DNA of 63,535 bases, filler included, from Octopus bimaculoides (taxonomy: Eukaryota), in the NCBI RefSeq assembly GCF_001194135.2. It is 5 parts of 4 records of this genome, joined end to end, with 100 filler letters (N's around TTAATTAATTAA, not from the genome) between each part and the next. Parts side by side here need not be neighbours in the genome. Positions count along the whole stretch, not along the records: positions 25,986 to 33,377 come from NW_026306095.1; positions 33,478 to 61,480 come from NC_068981.1; 3 more parts are not named here. One strand, 5' to 3'. The position numbers and the translations under genes were made by a program. Below, piece after piece: positions 25,986 through 36,880 of the stretch; position 1 is the stretch's first letter, and the number at the start of each line of letters is the position of its first letter. The notes under the pieces are model-generated. The model ran no database searches. It was not told the origin of the DNA and was given only the letters and a program-made list of their open reading frames with translations.

Positions 25986-26315
25986 TATATATATATATAT
26001 ATATGCATACACAAACACACATATATGTATATATACATATCTATGTGTATGAGTATGTATGTTTGTTTCTATGTATGTATGAATGCATGCACGTCTAAGC
26101 TTTTGCGTGCGAGTGCTAGGTGTCATTTTCCTGAAGTGTTTGAGTCCATGTTCGTGAATGCACTTAGGTGAAATTTGTCTATAAATTTCAGTTTGTGATT
26201 CTGTGATATATTTTCATATATACACACATGCACGTATATACTTTCCTATATACACACATACACGTATATATTTTCCTATATACCTTTACACACACACACA
26301 CACACACTTATATCT

Positions 26316-26560
26316 AGCCCGGACTGGGCAGTGTTGTGTGCTCTTGAGCAATACACTTTATTTCACATTGCTCCAGTTCACGCAGCTGTAGAAATGAGTT
26401 GTTATTTCACTGGTGCCGAACTGCATCGGTCTCGGTGGTTGGAAAGGGGAGGCTGGTATGCATGTGTGACTGCTGGCCGTCCATAAACAATCTTGCTCGG
26501 ACTTGTGCCCCAGAGGGTAACTTTCTAGGTGATATTCCAAGGTTATATATGACCCAACAG
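26316..26560 (+). mobile_element. Headless SINE (CORE/Meta-like central domain and tail)
   Basis: GTGTTGTGTGCTCTTGAGCAATACACTTTATTTCACATTGCTCCAGTTCACGCAGCTGTAGAAATGAGTTG resembles conserved SINE central domains. Confidence 0.65.
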
Positions 26561-26572
26561 TGTCTGTCTCCT

Positions 26573-26628
<56 letters not shown>

Positions 26629-27361
26629 TTTTTTATTATATATAAGGGCATTACTATACAATAATGCCTCACGCTACGCTATGAGGGACTCTAAGGTCAA
26701 ACTGCCATAAAAAACACATTTTTACCGAACGCGAGGAAATGCATATATATTTTGAGAATAAATGATGGATTTTTTCCCTTATGAGGTTTTTTCACGCTAG
26801 CTACTTGATAAATTCTTGTAAAAGAATTCATCCTATTACTGAATTTATATATATATATATATATACATATATATATAAGAAGAAGAAGAAAAGAAGAGGA
26901 AATAGCGAGAAGGAAGTTAATAATTGTTTATTAACAAATTGGTCAGTTTCCCTTCTTACAGCTGTTTCAATTAATACTCTTAGATTTAATTACAAATTTA
27001 TACATTAAATTCATATTTATGTGATATGAGTATAATTTCAATAGAGGGAAAAATATATACTTTTGGATGTTATATGTGGGCTTGTCAAAATACTAGGTAT
27101 TAAACTAGTATTTCGTAGGGTGCAACCACCCCTTCACGAGGTTAACATATCCTCTAATTAAATATATATATATATATTTATATATATATATATAAAATTC
27201 AACTTACGTTGACAGTCAAGAAACAGAATTTGCTTTAGAATCTTTGGGATGTATTGAAATATACAGATAAGGAAATAATGTTATTCTCAAACACAGGATA
27301 ATGCTAATAATATAGCATCAATAGCATCAACAGAATAAACTATCCCTATTTTGCTGAAAAA

Positions 27362-27430
27362 TCTGTCGGCAGCCAGCCATGAGATTTGAACTCGCATCCT
27401 TGTGATTACGCGTCTAGTGCTTTACCATTA
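27362..27430 (-). mobile_element. tRNA-derived SINE head fragment
   Basis: Minus strand reads TGGTAAAGCAC (A-box-like) ... GAGTTCAAATC (B-box). Confidence 0.6.
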
Positions 27431-27523
27431 ATGGTAAAGCACTACAAAATATGAATTGTTTGTTCTTTTCATGGTATATTATTAGCAGAATCCTGCGTTT
27501 GAGAATAAAAGTAATTCCTTATC

Positions 27524-27560
<37 letters not shown>

Positions 27561-27561
27561 C

Positions 27562-27892
27562 GTGGCACTCCGTCGGTTACGACGACGAGGGTTACATTTG
27601 ATCCAATCAACGAGACAACCTGCTCATGAAATTAACGTGCAAGTGGCTGAGCACTCCACAGACACCTGTACCCTTAACGTAGTTCTCGGGGAGATTCAGT
27701 GTGACACAGTGTGATAAGGCTGGCCCTTCGAAATACATGTACAACAGAAACAAGAAGTTATGGTGAAAGAGTACAGCAGAGTTCGCCACCCTCCTTCCCT
27801 GCTGGAGCCTCGTAGAGCCTTTACTCACAACGCCCGGTTTGAGAATCGAAACAGCAATCCTACGACCGCGCTTCTGCTGTCCTAAACACCTC

Positions 27893-27894
<2 letters not shown>
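27562..27894 (-). mobile_element. tRNA-derived SINE (same family as 38951-39239 and 40392-40550)
   Basis: Shares long blocks with the other copies (GGCACTCCGT..., CTCCACAGACAC, TAGTTCTCGGGGA, GGTGAAAGAGTACAGCAG); degenerate B-box TTTCGATTCTC. Confidence 0.85.
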
Positions 27895-27932
<38 letters not shown>

Positions 27933-27974
27933 ATGATGATAATATTCGTCGCAAAAAAAAAAAATTATGTAAAA

Positions 27975-28245
27975 TAAATTGCCGAAAACAATTTCAGTAA
28001 TGAAAACATAAGAATCCAAAATTTTAGGATTTCAGATCTCTATTCGGCCCACAATGTTTTCAATTTACTTACGGAGTTAAACTTTAGATTATAAAAATTG
28101 TTATCACAGAAAAAAAAATTGTCGCAGAAATCACTTAAAAAAATCGCCGAAAACAATCACAGAAATGAAAACTTAGGAATCTAAAATTTCAGGATTGTAG
28201 ATCCGGCTTCGGCCCGGAATGATTTTAATTTACTGACAGAGTCAG
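27975..28245. repeat. Two diverged tandem copies of a ~105-bp block, period ~165 bp
   Basis: AAATTGCCGAAAACAATTTCAGTAATGAAAACATAAGAATCC... (~27978) versus AAATCGCCGAAAACAATCACAGAAATGAAAACTTAGGAATCT... (~28141). Possibly the internal repeat of a DNA transposon. Confidence 0.7.
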
Positions 28246-28360
28246 CCTTATTCCAAAATGGTATCATATGTTGGGCTACGACCTCTAGGAGTAAAATTGA
28301 AAAAGTGTGAAACACTGGCATTCACATTTATTAAATTGTATTGTATTATTATATCATATT

Positions 28361-28576
28361 AAGGTGGTGAGCTGGCAGAATTGTTAGCACGCAGGGTGAA
28401 ATGTTTAGCCGTATTTCGTCTGCCGTTAGGTCTTGTGTTCGAATTCCGCAGAGGTCGACTTTGCGTTTCATACTTTCGGGGTCGACAAAATTAGCACCAG
28501 TTACGTACTGGGGTCGATGTAATCGACTTAATCCATTTTCCCAAAATTTGTGGCCTTGCGTTTCCAGTAGAAAGGG
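28361..28576 (+). mobile_element. tRNA-derived SINE with Meta/V-like central domain
   Basis: A-box TGGCAGAATTG, B-box GTTCGAATTCC, then GAGGTCGACTTTGCGTTTCATACTTTCGGGGTCGACAAAATTAGCACCAG. A second copy lies at 57385-57500. Confidence 0.85.
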
Positions 28577-29116
28577 TTTATTAAAGTAGAAAAAGTGTGA
28601 CACACTGAAATACACATATATTATATTAGATATGTTTAATTTTGAGGAAATTTGTATTATATATATGTTTGTGCGTGTATACATGTAAGTATCAAAGAAA
28701 ACAAAAAAAAAATAACAAAAAAAAAATGATAGTATTCAATATGTTTGCGACAGGAATTTCTGTGAAAGAAACATGGTTAAACAAACTTGTACTTCTCCCG
28801 CTTACTCTCCTACACTTAATCTTTCTCTCTCTTTTATTATTACTCCCACTGCTACCTTCAACATTATTAGTTTTAATAAAACATCAACTCTCCCTAAGTT
28901 TCTTTGTCTCTCTTTCTCACCCTCCTTCTTTCTTTCTCTCCGTCTTCACCAACACTCTCACCGTCTCTATACCTATTATTACTCTCACCCCATCATGAGT
29001 AATATTAGGAGTGTCATTGAATAGTGAGAGAGGGTGTTTAAGTGTGATGACACATAGAGATTAGTTTTCGCATTTCTTACATTATATTATATCATATTAT
29101 ATTATATTATTTTGAT

Positions 29117-29459
29117 AATAATGAGAATGAAGAATTTGAACATTCAAGTTTTATGTTTATTTACAGTTGGTTTATTCATAATAAATGTCCGACACACGAT
29201 TCGATCGCATTAATTGCTCAATGTTGCACATTTACATGCAGTGATTTATGCGTTATTAGTATGATGTCTTCAGGGTGTATAAATATGACATTGTTATACA
29301 CTCTGAGGTGATCGTACTAATAATGCATTAATCGCTGCATAGAAATTTGCAACAATATGCAGATAATGCGACCTAAACACGTATCGGTTAATTATTATGA
29401 ATAAACCAACTTTAAATAGACATAAAGTACGAATGTTCAAATTCTACGTTCTCCTTATT
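29117..29459. mobile_element. Foldback/MITE-like imperfect palindrome (~340 bp)
   Basis: Left arm AATAATGAGAATGAAGAATTTGAACATTC...TTGGTTTATTCATAATAA pairs with right arm TTATTATGAATAAACCAA...GAATGTTCAAATTCTACGTTCTCCTTATT. The centre CAGGGTGTATAA/TTATACACTCTG also pairs. Confidence 0.75.
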
Positions 29460-29503
29460 GTACTTTAAACATATTGTACTTTAAACATATTGTACTTTAA
29501 ACA
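29456..29503 (+). repeat. Perfect 16-bp tandem repeat x3 (TATTGTACTTTAAACA)
   Basis: Units at 29456, 29472 and 29488, starting at the right end of the foldback element. Confidence 0.9.
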
Positions 29504-29647
29504 TTACTGTATTGTAGCCAGAATAAAACTCTAACATCCAATGGGAATTAAAGGAAATTTGCTATAAAGTGAACCATCTGAAGGAACCAGCCTTGGCATT
29601 TTACATAAAGTAATTCGGTGTCTGCCTAGATATTATATCCTTCCTCT

Positions 29648-29679
<32 letters not shown>

Positions 29680-30005
29680 NNNNNNNNNNNNNNNNNNNNN
29701 NNNNNNNNNNNNNNNNNNNNNNNNNNNNNNNNNNNNNNNNNNNNNNNNNNNNNNNNNNNNNNNNNNNNNNNNNNNNNNNNNNNNNNNNNNNNNNNNNNNN
29801 NNNNNNNNNNNNNNNNNNNNNNNNNNNNNNNNNNNNNNNNNNNNNNNNNNNNNNNNNNNNNNNNNNNNNNNNNNNNNNNNNNNNNNNNNNNNNNNNNNNN
29901 NNNNNNNNNNNNNNNNNNNNNNNNNNNNNNNNNNNNNNNNNNNNNNNNNNNNNNNNNNNNNNNNNNNNNNNNNNNNNNNNNNNNNNNNNNNNNNNNNNNT
30001 ATATA

Positions 30006-30041
<36 letters not shown>

Positions 30042-30454
30042 TACATATAATAGAGAGAAATATGTATATAAAGTGTATGTATGTATGTACTGCACACACA
30101 TACTCACATTTATAGGCCGATGCACAATAGGTGTATCTGCTTATACACTTAGGTATTCAATTGCATGGTATGCTTCATGCGATTCTATGCATTTATTTTC
30201 AAGTTTCTATACGTAAATATTCATATGAACTTACATATAAACATTTCTTAGTATATGTGTGCATGTACACGGATGTGGACATGCGCAGAAAGCAGATGGT
30301 GCGTGCATGCGCAACTGATATACGAATACACTTGTATCAGTATAGTCTTGTCTTTTGTGTTCGTATTCGTAAGCGTTGCGCCTATTTCTCATGTATTTCT
30401 GTATGTACTTACGTGAGTGTGCGAGTGTGACGTTATATGAATGTTTATGATTCT

Positions 30455-30485
30455 AGCGTGTGTATAGGTGTGTATGTGTGTGTGC

Positions 30486-30519
<34 letters not shown>

Positions 30520-30815
30520 CTGTGTGTGTGTGTGTGTCTGTGTGTGGCTGTGTGTGGCTGTGTGTGTCTGTGTCTGTGTCTGTGTCTGTGTCTGTGGTAT
30601 ACTTTTTTTCAGCAGCTTTGAATATTGGATGTCAAGTGAAAGTCCTTAGAACGTAAATAGGATATATAGCATTTAGGCAAGCGAATGTAGAAACATGTTC
30701 GGAAGTATATGTTTCGGATGTATATTTATGCATATAAACATTGATATATCTCTCTTCAAATGTATGCACACACACATACACACATACACACACACACACA
30801 CACACNNNNNNNNNN

Positions 30816-30867
<52 letters not shown>

Positions 30868-30870
30868 TAT
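30455..30870. repeat. (GT)n, (GTGTCT)n and (CA)n microsatellites
   Basis: Directly visible; short gap at 30806-30815. Confidence 0.9.
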
Positions 30871-32127
30871 ATGTATATATGTATGTATGTGCGTGTGTGT
30901 GTGCTAGTGTGCATAAATATGTACGCCAGAAAAATATGTTACAGGAAGCTAGCTATAGCAGCACCTTTCCAGGCATGTCCACTCCACACACGCTCACACA
31001 CACGCACATCGGCAACTTTCGCTAATTTCTTGAAAATGGGGTCATAACCCCGAAATACTGAATGCAAGGTACGTCTACATTAGTTCATATATTTGTTCCT
31101 TGTGACGTGCCTTGATTTACTTCGCATTGATTTGGCCTTACGTACAATCTTTTATACACTATATATATNNNNNNNNNNNNNNNNNNNNNNNNNNNNNNNN
31201 NNNNNNNNNNNNNNNNNNNNNNNNNNNNNNNNNNNNNNNNNNNNNNNNNNNNNNNNNNNNNNNNNNNNNNNNNNNNNNNNNNNNNNNNNNNNNNNNNNNN
31301 NNNNNNNNNNNNNNNNNNNNNNNNNNNNNNNNNNNNNNNNNNNNNNNNNNNNNNNNNNNNNNNNNNNNNNNNNNNNNNNNNNNNNNNNNNNNNNNNNNNN
31401 NNNNNNNNNNNNNNNNNNNNNNNNNNNNNNNNNNNNNNNNNNNNNNNNNNNNNNNNNNNNNNNNNNNNNNNNNNNNNNNNNNNNNNNNNNNNNNNNNNNN
31501 NNNNNNNNNNNNNNNNNNNNNNNNNNNNNNNNNNNNNNNNNNNNNNNNNNNNNNNNNNNNNNNNNNNNNNNNNNNNNNNNNNNNNNNNNNNNNNNNNNNN
31601 NNNNNNNNNNNNNNNNNNNNNNNNNNNNNNNNNNNNNNNNNNNNNNNNNNNNNNNNNNNNNNNNNNNNNNNNNNNNNNNNNNNNNNNNNNNNNNNNNNNN
31701 NNNNNNNNNNNNNNNNNNNNNNNNNNNNNNNNNNNNNNNNNNNNNNNNNNNNNNNNNNNNNNNNNNNNNNNNNNNNNNNNNNNNNNNNNNNNNNNNNNNN
31801 NNNNNNNNNNNNNNNNNNNNNNNNNNNNNNNNNNNNNNNNNNNNNNNNNNNNNNNNNNNNNNNNNNNNNNNNNNNNNNNNNNNNNNNNNNNNNNNNNNNN
31901 NNNNNNNNNNNNNNNNNNNNNNNNNNNNNNNNNNNNNNNNNNNNNNNNNNNNNNNNNNNNNNNNNNNNNNNNNNNNNNNNNNNNNNNNNNNNNNNNNNNN
32001 NNNNNNNNNNNNNNNNNNNNNNNNNNNNNNNNNNNNNNNNNNNNNNNNNNNNNNNNNNNNNNNNNNNNNNNNNNNNNNNNNNNNNNNNNNNNNNNNNNNN
32101 NNNNNNNNNNNNNNNNNNNNNNNNNNN

Positions 32128-32163
<36 letters not shown>

Positions 32164-32354
32164 GAAACATGGATTCAATGACACAATTGTTCTCAAAATT
32201 CAAGAAATAATCATTCAAACAAGACAAAGAATATCATCTAAGAAAGCCTAAAATTTCTTATTCTTCAAATCAGGAATACTCCACATAAGATACTAAACAA
32301 GATTTTTAGGAACATCTGCTAAATTAATAAGGACCCTATTGTGACTGTGTATGG

Positions 32355-33265
32355 AAGTTGTAACTAAATTAATTTATTTAGGAAGTACTTTGAGCACTAC
32401 TGGTGTTGGTAATACAATTCTTATAGAATCATGAAGGCTAGTAATTCCTTCATTTGGCTTGATAATTATCTCCAGTCAGTGTTTATAGCACATGTGTCCT
32501 CCTATCGTTGATATCTGGAATTGAGACATAGGCTGTTTTTCTAAGGCATTTAAGGCATTTGGAACGGTAGCATCAATATTGTCTTCGGAAATTTATTGGG
32601 TTAATTGGTAAATGGTGATTAGTGATATGGAGGTATTTGTGAGAAATAGTAGTAAGAGTGTAAAATCGATGATTCTACAAAATCGTTTGAGGTGGGTTGG
32701 ACATCTGGTGAGAATGAATGATGAAAGAATTCCCAAGCAACTTTTGCATGGTGATCTGGAAGATGGTAGGAGACCAGTACATAAACCCAAAATGAATTTC
32801 AAGGAAACCCTCAGAATTGCCGTTGATTGGGAGAGGGAGACAGAAGACCGAAATGGATGGAGGAAAAGAGTGCACAATGGTTGTTCGAAGTTTGAAGGAG
32901 AGAAAACGAAGCATGAGAAAATCAAGGTAAGGCTCTGAAAGAATGAATCTGTGGAAAATAAGGAAGTGTTGTTTTTATGTGAGTGATATATGATAAGAAA
33001 TGCTTGAATCATGCAGGCCTGGTCGGCCATCAGAGAACTCACGGGAATCAGCATTTTGTAAATTGTGATACATATATTGTTCACAATAGAACATGTGCAA
33101 CCTGTGGAGAGGTTTGCATTTCAGTTGGAGGATGGAAAAGGCTTGTCAAAAGAGTTCATACTGTGGCACTTGTTCCCTCTGTTAGCCAGCTTAGCTGTGC
33201 ATTATGCAATAGAATTATACAAATCTTTGGTCGGGCTCAAGAGTCATACTAGGGCCTCGCATTGC
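32355..33265 (+). mobile_element. 3' portion of an RTE-clade LINE (post-RT region plus three C2H2-type fingers)
   Basis: MEVVTKLIYLGSTLS, then RLRWVGHLVRMNDERIPKQLLHGDLEDGRRP..PKMNFKE (ORF 32612-32938), a hallmark RTE C-terminus. Three C2H2-like motifs follow at ~32978-33262. Confidence 0.85.
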
Positions 33266-33377
33266 ACCATCAGTGACTCAATTCAATTGTGCTTTCTAGC
33301 AGTGGCTTTGATCGTATACGAGAAAGCAGCTACTATGTATGAATGTATATATATATATATAAATATATATATATATA

Positions 33378-33477
33378 NNNNNNNNNNNNNNNNNNNNNNN
33401 NNNNNNNNNNNNNNNNNNNNNTTAATTAATTAANNNNNNNNNNNNNNNNNNNNNNNNNNNNNNNNNNNNNNNNNNNN
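33378..33477. other. Assembly join spacer (44N-TTAATTAATTAA-44N)
   Basis: Linker at 33422-33433. Confidence 0.95.

Positions 33478-33561
<84 letters not shown>
33478..33561 (+). repeat. Compound (TAA)n-(GAA)n trinucleotide microsatellite
   Basis: Directly visible; abuts the R4-like element. Confidence 0.95.
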
Positions 33562-33565
<4 letters not shown>

Positions 33566-34250
33566 CTGTAGAATATGTGGAGATGGACAAGAAACAATAA
33601 ATCATATTATCTCTGGCTGCCCAGTCCTGGCTAAGAAGGAATATATTCACAGACACGACAGAGCTGGGACCTATATACACTGGAAGCTATGCCAACACTA
33701 TGGAATAACAACAGAAAAAAGATGGTATAAACACACGCCAGAAAAGGTCACAGAAAACTAGAAAGCAACCATACTCTGGGATATGCCAATACACACAGAT
33801 AGAGAAATTAAGGCAAATAGACCAGATATAGTTGTCAAAGATCATGAAGAAAACAAATGCTTTCTAATTGATGTATCAATACCAGCAGATGACAACGTTT
33901 CGCTAAAAGAAATGCAAAAACTTTCAAAATACAAAGACCTGGAAATAGAGGTAACTCGAATGTGGAATCTAAAAACAGAAACAATTCCTATCATAGTAGG
34001 TGCCTTAGGTATAATAAAAAAATACACAGACAAATACAAAACAAAAACACCAGGACTTACACGTATATATAGCATACAGAAAATTGCACTACTAGGCACT
34101 GCACACATCCTACGCAAAACACTTTCAATACAGTAACCATAAGAGCATCACTGCAAACCACAGCACATAACCAAGGCACACAGAGCTGCGCTCGGTAGTG
34201 AAGTAAAAGTACGTTATAAAAATAAAACTACTGAACCATAATAATAATAA
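33562..34250 (+). mobile_element. 5'-truncated R4/Dong-like non-LTR element (CCHC finger, RLE, 3' UTR)
   Basis: CRICGDGQETINHIISGC (C-x2-C-x8-H-x4-C), ILWD, RPDIVV..CFLIDVSIP.D.N..KE..KLSKYKDL, IVGALG, QKIALLGTAHILRK. One stop at 33759-33761; ends in (TAA)n at 34238-34250. Confidence 0.9.
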
Positions 34251-34261
34251 CGTTCAGTTCC

Positions 34262-34690
34262 TTGGTCATATCTCTTGATCATTGTTGCTTTAGCCTGGAA
34301 TCTTTGTTTCAGGTCTTGAAGAACTACATTTAGATATTTTTGTTTTCCTTATCGTATATATCTACGTTCCTAGTTGCTGATATTTCTCCTCACTCTTGAT
34401 TTCACTATTTCTCTTTCATTCCAAGATATCGATATGTTTTCGATGTTCGTTCAGTGATTGCTTTATTCTTCTTTTCCACCAAGGTTCGTTTCCTCCATTC
34501 CGCCTTTTACGGTTTGCTCCGAGGCCTACTTTAGTTCCTATACAGAGGATGCAGGCTTTAATGAATCTATTCGTTCCTATTATATTATCTCTCTTCATTT
34601 CTTTCGGCATTTGATTCACCTTAAGCCTCCACACCCCAAATTTCTATCACTTTCCTTAGTCCATTTATTTCCGTGTCCAAGTTTTCCTCA
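34262..34690 (-). mobile_element. R4/Dong-like element, pre-RT N-terminal fragment (inverted)
   Basis: EPWWKRRIKQSLNEHRKHIDILE and LNVVLQDLKQRFQAKATMIKRYDQ are typical pre-RT motifs of this clade. Confidence 0.75.
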
Positions 34691-34709
34691 ATGATACTCG
34701 TAATATCTT

Positions 34710-35012
34710 CGATCAACCAGAAAAATATCTAATTACGTGAATAACTTTATGGAAGTGAATGACAAACTACCAAAGGAGCAGAAAGAATGCAACAGGAAAA
34801 GCCGAGTGTCAACGTCTGACAGACAGAATGGTACTGAATGACTACAAGAGAAGACTTACTTTCGTGGGCTTCGTGTGGATCGATTATAAGAAAGCGTATG
34901 ACAAGTCCCATCCCCACCGTTCCTGAATTTTAGAACATCTTGAGCTGGTACAGGTGTCTCATAACATATCAAATTTTATTTTGAGATCGATGAAAAACTG
35001 GAAAACAGATTT
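34710..35012 (+). mobile_element. R4/Dong-like RT fragment
   Basis: LPKEQKECNRKSR...RMVLNDYKRR...WIDYKKAYD...ILEHLELVQVSHNISNFILRSMKNWKTDLT. Confidence 0.8.
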
Positions 35013-35016
35013 AACA

Positions 35017-35179
35017 TATTTTACATTATTTATGTTATTTACATTTAATGGATATCTGTCCTCATCTTGTTTGTTGTTAGCACAACGTTTCGGCTGATAT
35101 AACCTCCAGCCTTCATTAGGTGTCTTGGGGACATTTCGAACCTGGGTTCTCATCCCTAATTTATTTTTCGATGTTCTTG

Positions 35180-35221
<42 letters not shown>

Positions 35222-35545
35222 TCACTCCTGGAATCGAACTAGGAATCTTGGGGTTAGTATCTCGTGCTCTTAACCACTACGACATATGCCAGTGGGCAAT
35301 TATGGAATGAATTTTTAGGGCTTATAAATATAATATTTTCCTATCCTTCCTTAATACCGGTTTCCATATGCTATTCATATCTGTACTCGGTCTGCTTAGG
35401 AGGTTGTNNNNNNNNNNCATATGCTATTCATATCTGTACTCGGTCTGCTTAGGAGGTTGTTGCATCCTAGCATATGTGCTGCTTCTTTTAGTTTTCGTAT
35501 TTTCCAGTGGTATTCTCTTTCTATTATTTTAACGTCATTCCCGTG
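35017..35545 (-). mobile_element. 5'-truncated Penelope-like element: GIY-YIG C-terminus, tRNA-like cassette, (AAT)n, hammerhead-bearing 3' end
   Basis: Minus strand reads NDVKIIEREYHWKIRKLKEAAHMLGCNNLLSRPSTDMNSIWKPVLRKDRK (spanning a small gap with duplicated flanks). This is followed by A/B boxes, an (AAT)n tract and a hammerhead core. Confidence 0.8.
35079..35124 (-). ncRNA. Minimal type I hammerhead ribozyme, G5A-mutated
   Basis: GACAC-CTAATGA-A-GGCTG/GAGGTTATAT/CAGCC-GAAA-CGTT-GTGCT, with helix III palindrome AACGTT. CUGA is changed to CUAA at 35117. Confidence 0.7.
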
Positions 35546-35686
35546 GAAAATATTAGATTTGTAAGCCCTTAAAATTCAGTCCAAAATTGCCCACCGGCAT
35601 ATGACGTAGTGGTTAAGAGCGCGGGCTACTAACCCCAAGATTCTGTGTTCGATTCCAGGCAGTCACCTGAATAATAATAATAATAA
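35545..35686 (+). mobile_element. Inverted partial pseudo-LTR copy with tRNA-like A/B boxes
   Basis: Reverse complement of 35204-35341, with roughly a dozen mismatches over ~110 bp. A-box TGACGTAGTGG at 35602-35612, B-box GTTCGATTCC at 35647-35656, then (AAT)n. Confidence 0.85.
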
Positions 35687-36848
35687 AATGTGGGTGTTTA
35701 TGTATAATAAAAAGATAAAATATTGAAATGTGTAAGAAGAAAAGTAACGTAAGTATATGCGGAATACAATCAAAAGAAAGGGCAAGATACGTAATATACC
35801 ATGGTTTAAAGAAATTAAAGGAGCTTTAATGCTTATATCGGGGGAGAAGCTGAAAAACTGTCGTACTAATATTTTTAACTATGGAGGGGTGGGGCAGGAA
35901 CCTACATTAATATAACTAAGTCTATTGTTGGGCTTCCTAGAGGGTTTGTAAATATTAATTTTTAAATCTAGAGATACCTTAAGAGTTACATGTATATGTA
36001 TTTGCGTATGTGCGTATATAGATGTGTATATGAGTATATGAGCATATAAATGTATTTATGGGCATATATGTAAATGTGTGTATATATATATANNNNNNNN
36101 NNNNNNNNNNNNNNNNNNNNNNNNNNNNNNNNNNNNNNNNNNNNNNNNNNNNNNNNNNNNNNNNNNNNNNNNNNNNNNNNNNNNNNNNNNNNNNNNNNNN
36201 NNNNNNNNNNNNNNNNNNNNNNNNNNNNNNNNNNNNNNNNNNNNNNNNNNNNNNNNNNNNNNNNNNNNNNNNNNNNNNNNNNNNNNNNNNNNNNNNNNNN
36301 NNNNNNNNNNNNNNNNNNNNNNNNNNNNNNNNNNNNNNNNNNNNNNNNNNNNNNNNNNNNNNNNNNNNNNNNNNNNNNNNNNNNNNNNNNNNNNNNNNNN
36401 NNNNNNNNNNNNNNNNNNNNNNNNNNNNNNNNNNNNNNNNNNNNNNNNNNNNNNNNNNNNNNNNNNNNNNNNNNNNNNNNNNNNNNNNNNNNNNNNNNNN
36501 NNNNNNNNNNNNNNNNNNNNNNNNNNNNNNNNNNNNNNNNNNNNNNNNNNNNNNNNNNNNNNNNNNNNNNNNNNNNNNNNNNNNNNNNNNNNNNNNNNNN
36601 NNNNNNNNNNNNNNNNNNNNNNNNNNNNNNNNNNNNNNNNNNNNNNNNNNNNNNNNNNNNNNNNNNNNNNNNNNNNNNNNNNNNNNNNNNNNNNNNNNNN
36701 NNNNNNNNNNNNNNNNNNNNNNNNNNNNNNNNNNNNNNNNNNNNNNNNNNNNNNNNNNNNNNNNNNNNNNNNNNNNNNNNNNNNNNNNNNNNNNNNNNNN
36801 NNNNNNNNNNNNNNNNNNNNNNNNNNNNNNNNNNNNNNNNNNNNNNNN

Positions 36849-36880
<32 letters not shown>

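Noticed and set aside
27208-27353. Minus-strand exon with a GTAAGT donor
   Set aside because: The obvious acceptor gives stops in all three frames; it could be a UTR exon but there is no support.
35596-35669. Functional tRNA gene (apparent ACT anticodon loop)
   Set aside because: Acceptor and anticodon stems are incomplete, there is no oligo-T terminator, and the sequence sits in a repeat followed by (AAT)n. The same applies to the other A/B-box hits.
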